From positions 24,473,636 to 24,537,635 of the forward strand of contig NC_085841.1 of the NCBI RefSeq assembly GCF_035594765.1: a stretch of DNA of 64,000 nucleotides, given 5' to 3'. The notes beneath the pieces were generated by a model. That model worked only from the letters and a program-made list of their open reading frames with translations, did not search any database and was not told the DNA's origin. Source of the stretch: Anolis carolinensis. Lineage: Eukaryota. How positions within the stretch are numbered: position 1 is the first letter of the stretch; each line of letters opens with the position of its first letter. The position numbers and the translations under genes were made by a program. Below, piece by piece: positions 1 through 11,419 of this stretch.

Positions 1-1
1 G

Positions 2-337
2 TGGAGAGGCTTGGTCGAACAGTGCCGTCGCCCAGTTGGCCGCTGGCCCGTCTAGAAGACTGTAAACCCATGCCACCTTGATGTCTTCTTGGGGAAATTC
101 GGCAGCACGGGCCTCTAGATAAGCTTGGCATTGGCGACGGAAAACATGAACCTTAGAAGCTTCTCCAGTAAACTTGGTTGGCAACGCCATGGCCGGTAGA
201 CGGATTCCGCGTTCCTTCAAACCTTTTATTTCTCCATCCTGGGCATTGAGCTTATCACGGATTCGGTCCACCTCATCCTTGTCGATGGTGTAGGTAATCG
301 GCTGGCCGCTCGGCCCAGGTACGACTCCGGTAGACAT
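2..337 (-). CDS. gag: Ty3/Gypsy (Tf1/sushi, RTL1/PEG10-like) Gag, N-terminal 112 codons, runs off the left edge
   Basis: Hand translation from ATG at 337: MSTGVVPGPSGQPITYTIDKDEVDRIRDKLNAQDGEIKGLKERGIRLPAMALPTKFTGEASKVHVFRRQCQAYLEARAAEFPQEDIKVAWVYSLLDGPAANWATALFDQASP. No stops. The P.KF.G...F..QC..Y...F.....KV.....LL.G.A..W pattern is the sushi-type capsid signature. Starts 42 nt downstream of the LTR. Confidence 0.9.
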   Translation of the reverse strand, partial: MSTGVVPGPSGQPITYTIDKDEVDRIRDKLNAQDGEIKGLKERGIRLPAMALPTKFTGEASKVHVFRRQCQAYLEARAAEFPQEDIKVAWVYSLLDGPAANWATALFDQASP

Positions 338-367
338 ACTGGCCTTGGTTAATTGGTGCTTAGGGTG

Positions 368-377
368 GCGGAGTCAA
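368..377 (-). promoter_or_regulatory. Primer-binding site, self-priming type
   Basis: Minus-strand TTGACTCCGC 2 nt after the LTR end. Perfectly complementary to the predicted transcript 5' end (922-913) and lacks the TGG of a tRNA PBS. Confidence 0.75.
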
Positions 378-379
378 AC

Positions 380-1351
380 TGTCACGACCCAGGCTACAGA
401 GCACCAATAACCATACGCAGAGGCCAGATTCTATCTAATATCTTTATTAAGGAATTATATAAAGTTAGTAAAAGCAAATGTAAAAGTTAGTCCAGAAGTA
501 GACCTTTCAGGGAAGGTCAAAATTAGTCCAAAGAAGCAATGTCCAATATGAAATATTAAGGTCCAAAGTTGTAATCCAATAACCGAAACACTCACTTTGC
601 CAGGCAAAGTGAGGGGAGATGACAAGGTCCTTTAGTCCATAAACTTGAGTAAGGCTAGGAAATAACTTGATACTTGAACAAGGCTTAAAACGTGGAACAA
701 GGTAACTAGGAACAAGAACAAGGTCCGTGGAATAACTTGGTAAAATCCGTGGAACAAGGCAAGGATTGGTCCTGGGAAACAAGGCAAAGTCCGTGGATAA
801 ACAAAGGCTGGGAAGCAAGGCGAAGGCTGGAAAGCAGGGCTAGGCTTGAGCAGGAGCGAGGCTTGAATCGGAGCGCGCTGTCCAGACACAACTCGCTCCG
901 TAGGCTGACGAATTGACTCCGCGAAGTTACTACGCGGGCAAAACACCTATATAGAGTCTAACTTTCCCACCGATGCAGTTCTCTGGGAATCAGAAACGAA
1001 AGCCAAACTCTGAGACCAGATGTTAACCTCCTTAAAGATTCTCACGAGAAACAGTCTTAATTGGCTACATTCTTAGCTGCAATTCTTGCACTCCTGCGCG
1101 AAGTTGAATCCAAACTTCTCTGTTGTTTACAAAACTCCCGGCGCAAGAACACGGGAGAAATAGGCTCTGGGGTTGTTTGACATACTTCTGGGAGACAACT
1201 TTCTTGCAGGTGCAAGGTTCCCAGATCGGCCTGGGAAAGATCTGGCTGAGAGGAATCCAGTTCAGACTGGGAAGGTAAAAAACCCAAGTTTTCATCTTCA
1301 TCAGGAATTACAGTGTCCTGAGCAGGACTACAAGGCCCATGGGTCATCACA
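380..1351 (-). mobile_element. Gypsy 5' LTR (972 bp)
   Basis: TG...CA termini (tgtcacgacc...gtcatcaca), minus-strand TATATA at 953-948, AATAAA at 448-443, abuts PBS and gag, homologous to the solo LTR at 45752. Confidence 0.92.
1057..1347 (-). CDS. U3-encoded reading frame (96 aa), probably the Pol C-terminal tail extending into the LTR
   Basis: MTHGPCSP...DEDENLGF...RRSARIAAKNVAN; homologous open frame in the second LTR with synonymous substitutions and an in-frame indel. Confidence 0.6.
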   Translation of the reverse strand: MTHGPCSPAQDTVIPDEDENLGFLPSQSELDSSQPDLSQADLGTLHLQESCLPEVCQTTPEPISPVFLRREFCKQQRSLDSTSRRSARIAAKNVAN

Positions 1352-1829
1352 GCGATGCTCCTACGCCATCAACTCCGCTGGACTGGCCACGTTGTCCGAA
1401 TGCCCGATCACCGTCTCCCAAAGCAGTTATTCTACTCCGAACTCAAGAATGGGAAACGGAATGTTGGTGGGCAGGAAAAGAGATTTAAAGATGGGCTCAA
1501 AGCCAACCTTAAAAACTGTGGCATAGACACTGAGAACTGGGAAGCCCTGGCCCTTGATCGCTCTAATTGGAGGTCAGCTGTAACCAGCAGTGCTGCGGAG
1601 TTCGAAGAGGCACGAATGGAGGGTTTAAGGGAGAAACGTGCCAAGAGGAAGGAACGTCAAGCTAACCCCGACCGGGACCGCCTTCCACCTGGAAACCGAT
1701 GTCCTCACTGCGGGAGAATATGCGGGTCAAGAATAGGTCTCTTCAGCCACCTAAGAACCCACCCCCAAGACACCAAGGATGGAAGACAATCGTCCTCGAG
1801 CTATGAGGGGTCGCCTAAGTAAGTAAGTA
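1352..1829 (+). mobile_element. RTE-clade LINE 3' end, the target of the Gypsy insertion
   Basis: ORF 1355-1822 LRWTGHVVRMPDHRLPKQLFYSEL...GGQEKRFKD with a C-terminal CPHC..H..H zinc finger and a (TAAG)n tail. Confidence 0.9.
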
Positions 1830-3580
1830 TAGTCAAAATATAGCTCTTGCTATGATCCATGAGAGTCTTGGAATACATCCTCTATGGATACAGATACAAT
1901 ACTTAATATGCAAATAAAGGTATTTTAAAATCTGAAAAAAATTAAAATTGAAAACACTTTTGGTCATAAGCACTTTGGATACTCATCCTGCATAGAAATG
2001 TTTTATCTTGCTTACATCAGTTCAGTTGAACTGGTTATTAAAATTACTAAAAGATGCTGAGACGGGAAATTAAAAGAGATGCTAGAAATAGCTAAGAGAA
2101 GAGGAAGAAGAGACTTGGGCAAGAAAGTTGGAGAAGAGGGAAGACTGGATCCTCCAGGGCTTTGAAAAGGGCCCTTGATGCTCTCTTCTTCAAAGCTGAA
2201 GACTAGCTGGTAATATGGATACTCAAGTCTTTCTTTCCAGGCTTAATAACAGAACTACCACTGTGTTTCCTTAATATCGAGAAAGAAAATAATTAATTCT
2301 TCTCAAATGTGATGTAGCCAGCAAGGCGCAACATCCCCAGCTGAAGAGGCCTGAACGTTTTAGTGAAAACATTTCTTTGAAGAGATGTTTTATGTGAAGA
2401 TTGATGAGGTCAGAGGAGCTTGAGCAGGGAGAGATTTGGAGCAATAAAACAGGGAGAAATCTCAAATATAAAAGCCAACTCTTTTTGGGGCTAAGCGGTT
2501 TCCTCCCCTCCATACCTTTTGATTAATTGCTTGGCACCAGAACTTGGACATTAATGGGGCAAAGTCCATTGCGGAAATGAACTCACTGGGAATCACTGAG
2601 GCAAAGCAAAAAAAGATTTAAAGTGTGAGCCAAAGGAGACAGCCTTGTTTTAGTATTTGTGGGATGGGGGCAGGGAAAGGGGAATGAGCCATAATGAGAG
2701 CTCTCCAATTGACACCTTCCTAGCATGCAGCCTGCACCTTTATCTTAAATCAAGCGCAGGGCATGGTGTAATAATGGGTGGATAAGTACTATAACACATT
2801 TTATGTAATGTAAATCTACACTGTTGTGGTAGAACTGAACAGATATGAATTCTTGCTATAGGAAGTGGTAATTCAAAATAGAATTGCCCACAATGCTACT
2901 TTCAAATAGCTCCCCAGTGGAAGAAAGAAACAAGACCTAATGACAAATGCAGAACTGCTCCTGACCACATGTCATTCCCTTTTTTTGGTCTCATGCCTTG
3001 TCCAGCTAGTAGGCTTCCCGTAAGCAACTGGTGAGCCACTGTAAATGCCTTTTGGTCTGACCCAGCCTGGCAGTTCTTATGTGTTTATCATCAGCCAGCA
3101 ACAATAGTTTAGGCCATGGAGTGAGAACATGTGGAGGCTTCATGACATTCATCTTCATACCTACCCATGTTGAGAATTTCTATAACTGCATATGGAAAAA
3201 TATAAAATGTGTTGCACTGTATGTTTCTGTTGAGTGATGTTGTCATATTGTGAGTTAGTGTGAGAATGATTGCTTGGTGATAGATTCTGAAGAGAGAGAA
3301 GGGATGATCGCTTTAACATTCTTAGACAGGGAGTAGAAAACCAAGTAAGTTCATTCTGATTGGTCTGGGAAACCTTAAATATGACTAGTTTCTATATATC
3401 CCCACCCTCCTAGAGACAATGACTTAGAACTATAAATAGATATGACCTGGGAACATGTTCACCATTAGTTCCACAAAGTTGAAAAATAATAATTCAGCTC
3501 TGTTTTGTGAAATTTTCTACAAGGTTAAAATTGAGAGATGTGGTACTATGTCATGAAGTATTTTTGGTAAATAAATAAAT

Positions 3581-3613
<33 letters not shown>

Positions 3614-3615
<2 letters not shown>

Positions 3616-3891
3616 CTGCAAGACTCTGGCATAAACCAGTACAAGTGGTCCCAGTGGTAATTGGTGCACTGGGTCCTGTGCCAAAAGATCTCAGCTGTCA
3701 TTTGGAAACAATCAACATTGACAAAATTATGATCTGTCATCTGCAAAAGGCCACCTTACTGGGATCTGCACGCATCATCCGAAAATACATCACACGGTCC
3801 TAAACACTTGGGAAGTGTTGGACTTGTGATTTTGTGATACAAAATCCAGCATATCTATCTCTTTTGCTGTGTTATACTATGTCTTTGTGTC

Positions 3892-3927
<36 letters not shown>

Positions 3928-3941
3928 AATAATAATAATAA
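3614..3941 (+). mobile_element. R4/Dong-clade non-LTR retrotransposon 3' fragment
   Basis: LQRLWHKPVQVVPVVIGALG...LQKATLLGSARII, the same family as 52758-53262; flanked by (CAA)n and (GAT)n/(AAT)n. Confidence 0.8.
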
Positions 3942-4385
3942 TCGTTATTTATACCCCATCCCCTCTTCAAATAGGACTTGGGGCAGTTTACAGAAAATAG
4001 TTTACAGAAAATAAAACACAATACAAAAAAAAGCAAAAATAAAAGATAATACATAAACAACAATCTCAAAAACCTAACAGAAAATAAAACACAATACAAA
4101 AACCAAGGAAAAATAAAAACGTAATACAGTACATCAACGGCAATCTCAAAACCTAACAGACTAACATAACAATAAAACAGTAGAAAATAACAACAGTAAA
4201 AACATTTTTGCCGGATTTAAAACATATTGTCCACCAGAGGCAAAACTAGTTCAAGTCAGTTGATATTGGTACTGCTATAAAACCACCATCACAATAGATT
4301 ATAAATTAACAATTTTTGAATGCCTTCTTCCACGTCCATGTTTTTAATTCTTTCCTAAAGGAAGCTAGGGAGGGAGCCTGTCTAA
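3942..4385 (-). mobile_element. L2-clade LINE 3' fragment
   Basis: Minus strand reads RQAPSLASFRKELKTW..KAF followed by a T-rich 3' UTR and an L2-type tail. Confidence 0.65.
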
Positions 4386-6993
4386 AGAACACTCAACATG
4401 AGGTTGATAGTGGCATTCTTAATGGCAAACCTGTGTTTGCCATAACATCTACTTCTGTCCCACGATCTGGGCCTAAGTCCAATTGTTAATTCCAGGTTGA
4501 GTTCACCCATTGAATCAGTGGGAATTTGGAGGTCATCACTTATGAAAGTTCATTTGATTCAATTGATGTATTCTAGTTAGGAATAGCAATTGGATTTCAC
4601 CCCAGTCTGGGCATCTCACTTATCATAAAGATTGCAATGGTTCTTGTTTTGGAAGCATTGTACGGGGAGTCCCATGAATGCCATTGATCTAGCTTGAGGA
4701 CAGAAAGATGCATCATTAAGTTTTACTAAACAATCAGGGCTTTCTGTTCTGGACCTACACTAGCCTGTCTCAAATATTGTGAGACACAATCCCAGTATCT
4801 ATATTCAAGAAAGGGTTAACTCTTAGTTTAGATGGTTTTGTACATAGAAAAGGGAATGGCTGCTATCTAACCTTTCATCTCAGGCAGCAAAATTTCTTGG
4901 GCCAGGCCTGTAAATAAAATGGAAGAATGTGAAAGTTCTAATATATGTTTGTGTGCAATTGACCAAGGAGATGTTTAGCTCATCAAGGTGGTGATAATTC
5001 TTCAGGCTGTCACTGGAATGTTTGTAATGCTGCTGATCAATCCATATGGGCATTAACAAATGGACTCATGTCAGGGTGATAGGACTACAAATTGGTGAAA
5101 TCATCCAGATAATTGCTGAGTATGGAGCATGAGAAGTGGTTCTGGGCGCTGTGAATGTCTGAATTATAAATGTTAGAGAGATGCTCAATAGGGGCATGAA
5201 CTGTTTTCCTCAATCAGTTTTCCCCAACTTGATGCCACCCATCTCTTTTTAATTATGGCTCCTATCAGTCTCAAATAGGATAACCAAAGCTCATGTGAAG
5301 ATGGGAGCTGTAGTCCAAGTCACCTAGAAGTTTCTTGGGAAGTTACTGGGTGGTAAACAAATCATTTTTGTATGAATCAGAGCTTGAGCATGCTGAAGAA
5401 AATGGGTGAGCATCCTTTATCTGGAAATCTGAAACACTATAAAATCTGAAATTGTCGACATAATTGACATCTTTGCTTTCTGATTATCAATATACACAGA
5501 TTTGTTTCATGCCAAAAACCATTAAAAATCTTGTGTATAGAACTACCTTCAGGCTATGCATACAAAGCGTATAATAACATAAATGCATTTCATGTCTGCA
5601 CCTGGGTCCTGGGATACAACCATTCATAGTTTGGAGAAAAAAATTAAAAAGTGAACGCTGATTTTGCAATTTTATATAAGAGACACTATTTTATCATAGT
5701 ATTGTATATAATGGGACTTGAGCATCCAAAGATTTTGGTATTAATGGAGAGTCTTGGAACAAAACTCTAACAGATACAAAGGGTACATTTTATAAATATT
5801 TCAAAAAAAATCCCAAACATTTCTGGTGCTAAGCATTTCAGATGATGGATACTCAACTTGTGTGATACATTTCTATATATTTAAAAGGACTTACAGCTAA
5901 TATCCCCTTGGCATCATTAAACCCTATATAGGTTATGTCTATGTGAAAAGTAGAAATATCGTAAAAACTATCAAAATAAAACAAATAAGTAGATTCAAAA
6001 TTAAGATTCTAGCCTATGAAAGATATAGCTTTCCTATTTAATGCATATTTTATTACTATGGTTTGTTTGGATTTTTTTTTCATTTTTAACAGCTGAAACA
6101 ATTGATCTCTTGTGAGACAACTGATAGCCAAGTATTGATAAAAAAGAGCAAGTTCCAGATGAATTAACCTGCCATATACTAATTCCAACCTCATAAAGTG
6201 CTTGGGAAAGGCAATTTAAAATGTTTGTAAAGTCAATGAAAGTTGAGATCCTTCATGCCAATATGCCTCCACTAATTAACTTGACTTTGTGAATGTGTAA
6301 TAGGTGTTCATGTTTAGCAAAAAAAAGTGAAGACTGAATATTCGAGAGCTTATTCATGCAAGGTTGGACCCAGGTTTAAAGCATACCTATTGTCATCAGT
6401 AGAATATTCATTATTACTTGATTCAACAAAATAAGCTTATACTGTCAATTTATTTCTCTCAGTTAGGTTCAAAGTAAGGTCCCTTTACATATTAATCCAG
6501 ACTAACAGCTATTTTGTTCAATCAAGTAATAACTAAAGTTCGTAAGTACACAAAGGTTTGCTTTATCAGATGTGTGCTGTGAATTTTCTAGGAACAGGCC
6601 TTGATAGTTATAAGTGAGCAGACTAGGGACTTCATCAGACTGTTGGGGGAGAACTGGAGAGGAATATCTTATCCTGTTCCCTCACGTCTTTCCCTATCAT
6701 CTGGGATGGCCATCCATCCCATGTCCTTTCACTGTCTTCCCCCCCCCCTCAAATCTTTCTTCCACTTTACCCCGTCTTTCTCTATCAGTAGTCGATTGAC
6801 ACTCGACTCCTGATAGAGGTATTTGGTCTCCATTTCCATACGCTTGGGAAATGGAGTGTCATGGAGTTCCATCAGAAGTGCTCTTACGTCGTTTGATGGC
6901 CTCCGTGGGATTCCCGTGAGGCTCCGTTTCCCAAGTGCATGGAAACTGAGCCTGAAAACTGTCTGATGGTCTCTGAATAGCAATAGATACATG

Positions 6994-7270
6994 CAGAGCC
7001 AGCCCTAGGTATTTTTCAAGTGTAGGCGAACAGAATTTTGGCGCCCCCCCCCCAAAAAAAACAATCACTGAAAAATAAAAGCGTTGGATAAGCAAAAATG
7101 TTGGATAATAAGGAGGGATTAAGGAAAAGCCTATTAAACATCAAATTACATTAAGATTTTACAAATTAAGCACTAGAACATCATGTTTTACAACAAATCA
7201 ACAGAAAAAGCAGTCTCGACTGCGCCCCCGTATGTTTGGCGCCCGAAGCCTCATTGTTGGACCAGCTCTG
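6994..7270. mobile_element. Non-autonomous hAT element, composite, short form
   Basis: CAGAGC...GCTCTG termini, perfect 8-bp TSD GATACATG; near-identical copy at 49457-49743. Confidence 0.88.
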
Positions 7271-8259
7271 GATACATGTCAGTGTGGTGATGAAATGGCA
7301 AGTTTAAACTATTGTTGTTATAATGAAATAAGGGGAACAACCTTGTCATGTTCTTGTTCTTGGTGTTGCGAATCAAGAATCCCTTTTAATATAGAAGTCA
7401 TTATTTTGGAGGTTGAATTTCTTTACTACAATTGGAATTGGACTCAAGACTTTACGCAGCTCCAGTACTAATATGGGCATGGTTGTATCCACATGCTTCT
7501 CTTTATGTCTATTACTTACTCCTTGAACATTATACCCTTTGTTGGATTATGATATGAGATTTGTACCTTTACGTTTGATACTTTGGAAGTAATTTCATTA
7601 TAAATAATACAGTTTGAAGTAACTTACTTTCAGGCAGAGTTGTAGGAAGTATATCCTTGTTACATTTCTTACAAGTAATATAATAGTGTATATGCACATA
7701 CATTATTGTTTTATGTTGTTATAGATATCTGTGCATTACCCACAGTAGGGTAAATGTTGCCCAAAGCCAAGGTGAAGAGATAGCCATATGTATTGTGGAA
7801 TGAATTATTGGGATGTAGTGTGATGCTGGCTTGGAACCAGAAATAGGATGTATAAAAGAGTGTTGTAATATGTGTTGTGTACCAGAAACCATTCCCTTTA
7901 TTCAATCCACAGTTAATGGACTGGAATGCCACTTAATTATGTATGTGTAACTAAGTAATATCTCCTAGCCCAACCTCCCAAGTGCACCTTAACAGCCAGG
8001 AGAAACACTGTTAAACTGAACAGTTTTTAATAGCTTTTAATCTTTTTAATAGTATCTTGTCCGTCTAAACATAGATTTGAAGGATTTTAATACTGTGAAT
8101 AATTTAATTCCATTTTACTGTTCGCCTTCTACATTTTGGTTGGTATTCTTTTTAAAATTGTAAGCTATCCTGAACTCCAATTTTGGGGGAAATAAAGAAT
8201 GCTACTAACAACAACAGAGGGCTGGCTACACCGTGACAGAAATATACTAAAAATGAGTT

Positions 8260-8675
8260 CTATGTTCAGTTCTGGGTGCCTTGTTTAAAGAAGAGTACTG
8301 ACAAGTTAGAGCAAGTTCAGAGAAGGATAATAAGAGGTATGGAGCACAAAACATAAGAGGAAAGGAGGTGGGCAAGTTCAGCTTGCTGAAGGATAGACTG
8401 AGGTGAATCTTAAGGGCTTTCAAATTGTCTGCTGCTACAATAGGGTTTGAAGCTACAGGGGAGTAAATTTGGATTGAACATTAGAAAGAACTTCTTGAAG
8501 GTAAGAACAGTTCAGCAATGGAATAAACTGCCAAGAGAAGGAATGGTGTTTCCTCTTCTGGATATCTTCAAATAGAGGCTGGGCAGCTGCTTTCTTGGGA
8601 TGATATAGTTGGAGACCCTAAATTGAGCAGGAGGATGGATATGTGACCTTGAGATCCCTTCTAATTCTATCACTG
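8260..8675 (+). mobile_element. Degraded CR1 LINE 3' end
   Basis: YVQFW...DKLEQVQRR...IRKNFL.VR.V.QWN remnants; boundaries approximate. Confidence 0.7.
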
Positions 8676-8814
8676 AGTCATTCTTCTTGAGCTCCTATCA
8701 GCAGTTGCCCAATATGGCTGCTGGCTGTTAAGGTGGGCTGAGAAGAATTTATATGCTTGACTGAATATAGAGTTGTTACAGATCCATAACTGTAGCTGCT
8801 ATAAACAATGCCAG

Positions 8815-8916
8815 CCACACAACCTCTGAGGATGCCTGCCATAGATGTGGGCGAAACGTCAAGAGAGAATACTTCTGGAACATGGCCATACAGCCCGGAA
8901 AACATACAACAACCCA
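8815..8916 (+). mobile_element. Penelope-like element pseudo-LTR fragment with minimal hammerhead motif
   Basis: cctCTGAGGAtgcc...gggcGAAACGTC at 8823-8863; same family as 37031-37168 and 48480-48545. Confidence 0.75.
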
Positions 8917-9462
8917 ATGCCAGCCAATATTGTTGTTAGAGAGAAGCAAGCAAGGCGGATTTAAGAAGGCATGCACTCTATTCCCCGGAATGAAATATTC
9001 TGTTCTGTTTGTGAAAGCTTGCTTGTCACTGAAGCTTGGGGCGGAAATGGATGCATTTTCCTCTATGCCTAGATGTGCAGGTTGTCATGGCACCAATTGG
9101 CACATCCTGTGTATAGTAACTGGAGTAGGCGCATGGTTATTATTGGTTAAATAAATACAGCCAGCTGAATGCAGGGGTTTCTGTCTATCCAGCGGTTACC
9201 TTTCCTTTAGAGTGGCCGAAAGTGTTCTAGGTTTCTGAAGTAGTTTTACACAGAGAAGTCGAGGACAGCTATAGCTCTGCACCATTCCTTCCGTCCATCC
9301 TTGAGCCTTTTTGCCTCAGCTGGTGGGGATTTATATTCTTTCTTCCTACCTAGGGATGCAACACTCTTGAAAAAGATGTCCTACAAAATCCTATATTTGG
9401 AAGATGGGATTTTTTACATGATGAAAAGGCCCCCATACATCTTTTGTTAAACCAAGGGCAGT

Positions 9463-10352
9463 AGAGTCATAGAAGAGACCAGAAGGACCATCCACTAGAG
9501 ACAAGGACCAGCCCCTGCCATGTAGGAATACCCAATTAAAACACTCCCGATAGATGGTCATCCAGCCACTGTTTAAAAGCCTCCAGAGGCAACTCCATAA
9601 CTTTTTAAGGCAGTGTATTCTATAGTCAAACAGCTCTTGCCACCAGGAAGTTCTAAATGTTTAGGTGAACTATATTTTCCTGCAGCTTGAGTCCACTATT
9701 CCATTTCCTAGTCTCTAAAGGTAAAGGTAAAGGTAAAGGTTTTCCCTAACTTTATGTCCAGTCGTGTCCGACTCTGGGTGTTGGTGCTCATCTCCATTTC
9801 TAAGCCGAAGAGCCGGCGTTGTCCGTAGACACCTCCAAGGTCATGTGGCCGGCATGATTGCATGGAATGCCGTTACCTTCTCGTCGAAGCAGTACCTATT
9901 GATCTACTCACATTTGCATGTTTTCGAACTGCTAGGTTGGCAGAAGCTGGAGCTAACAGCGGGTGCTCACGCCGCTCCTGGGATTTGACCCTGGGACCTT
10001 TCAGTCTGCAAGTTCAGCAGCTCAGCGCTTTAACACACTGAGCCACCGGAGGCTCCTAGTCTCTAGAGTAACAGAAAATAAGTTTGTCCCTTCCCCAATA
10101 TGACATTCTTTTCTATTTCAACATACCTATCAAGTCCCTTCTCAACCTTCTCTTCTCCAAGCTCTTCTCCCCATGCTGCTCCACATAGGGCTTGGCTTCC
10201 AGACTGTTGACCACTTCAGTTGCCCTTCTCTGAACATTTTCCAGCTTATTAATATCCTTATTGAATTGTCTGAAACTGGGCATGGTCTTCCAGGTGAGGT
10301 CTAACCAAAGCAGAATAAGGTGGCACTATGACTTCCCTTGATCTAGACACAA
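9463..10352 (-). mobile_element. Degraded CR1 3' end interrupted by a Sauria SINE
   Basis: Similar to the younger CR1 copies at 41897 and 45309; boundaries approximate. Confidence 0.75.
9718..10055 (-). mobile_element. Sauria SINE
   Basis: tRNA-like head GAGCCTCCGGTGGCTCAG, (ACCTTT)n tail, 10-bp TSD CTAGTCTCTA. Confidence 0.9.
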
Positions 10353-11419
10353 TATTCCTAAAGAAAGAAAAAGTGTATGTGTATATGTGAGGGGTGCGGG
10401 GAGAAAGAGAGGTTACAAAATGCCCTTTGGCTGCTCTTTACTGTGTGGTGAAATTTCACAATATCTCACCTCATATACTATATGGGCCCTGAAGGCAGCT
10501 GGAAAGATTTAGAAGAGAATGCCTCTTTTGGTATGAGATTGCCTCTGTGTTATAACCAATAGTGTTGTGGGGATGGAGAAATTGGCTGAAATGAAAAGCC
10601 CAGACCAATGTGTGGAATGGAAATGGAGCTCAAGGCAAAACGGCATCTTATTCGGGGACTTCTGCTAAAAGAATCAGCCACCTGACTGCTCATTAAGTAA
10701 CAGTAAATACAGGAAGGAGCCCAGATTTGCAGATGGCTCCAAATGATTATTTTGCGTTCTAATGAGATCACTGGTAGTGTCATAAGGTAAAAATACACCC
10801 CAGCCCACTTCCCTCTGAAGTATCAAAGCTTAAAGGTTTTTAAAAGAATGCTTTCATTTTGAGTCATCTTTTTCCAAGAGGATAAAGAAGAGTGCCATTA
10901 CAGAAGGAATATGACACTGGCTGTGTATGTATCCCATTTGCTCACATTTGGCACACAGGAGATATTAAGCGAGGGGTGAGTAATTGCATTTATTGTCCTA
11001 GCCTTTGGCTCCCTCTCTGTGACAACTATTTGATAACATCAAAACCAAGACAAGTACCAAAAAAGGAAAATGAACAACTTCAGATCTATTTAATAAATTG
11101 ATTCAAAATGTATCTCTCTCTGTTCAGGAAAGTCTCACATCAGGAAAGTAGTTTTTAAAGATTTTTTCTTCCTAGTTATTTTAAATTCCATCCCATATAG
11201 AGCCTGAACAAGACACTTTACCTGAGACAAAGGATGAGATGCCCAATGCTATTTTACCTGTGGTGTTGTTTACACATAAATAAATAAATGCGCCGACTTG
11301 TAATTTCCTGGTCTGCCATGATTGTGTTAACATCACACACATCCATATTAAATGGAAGTGAGAGGATTGTAAAGTCTCATACCAGACGCATGAAAGGATG
11401 ACCCTGCAATGATTGTGTG

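Noticed and set aside
690-830. Spaced short repeats (TCCGTGGA.AA) resembling an array
   Set aside because: Irregular tandem duplications inside the LTR; not CRISPR-like, and the context is eukaryotic.
6590-6985. Coding-looking unique stretch with several overlapping ORFs
   Set aside because: No recognisable protein in any frame and no convincing splice structure.
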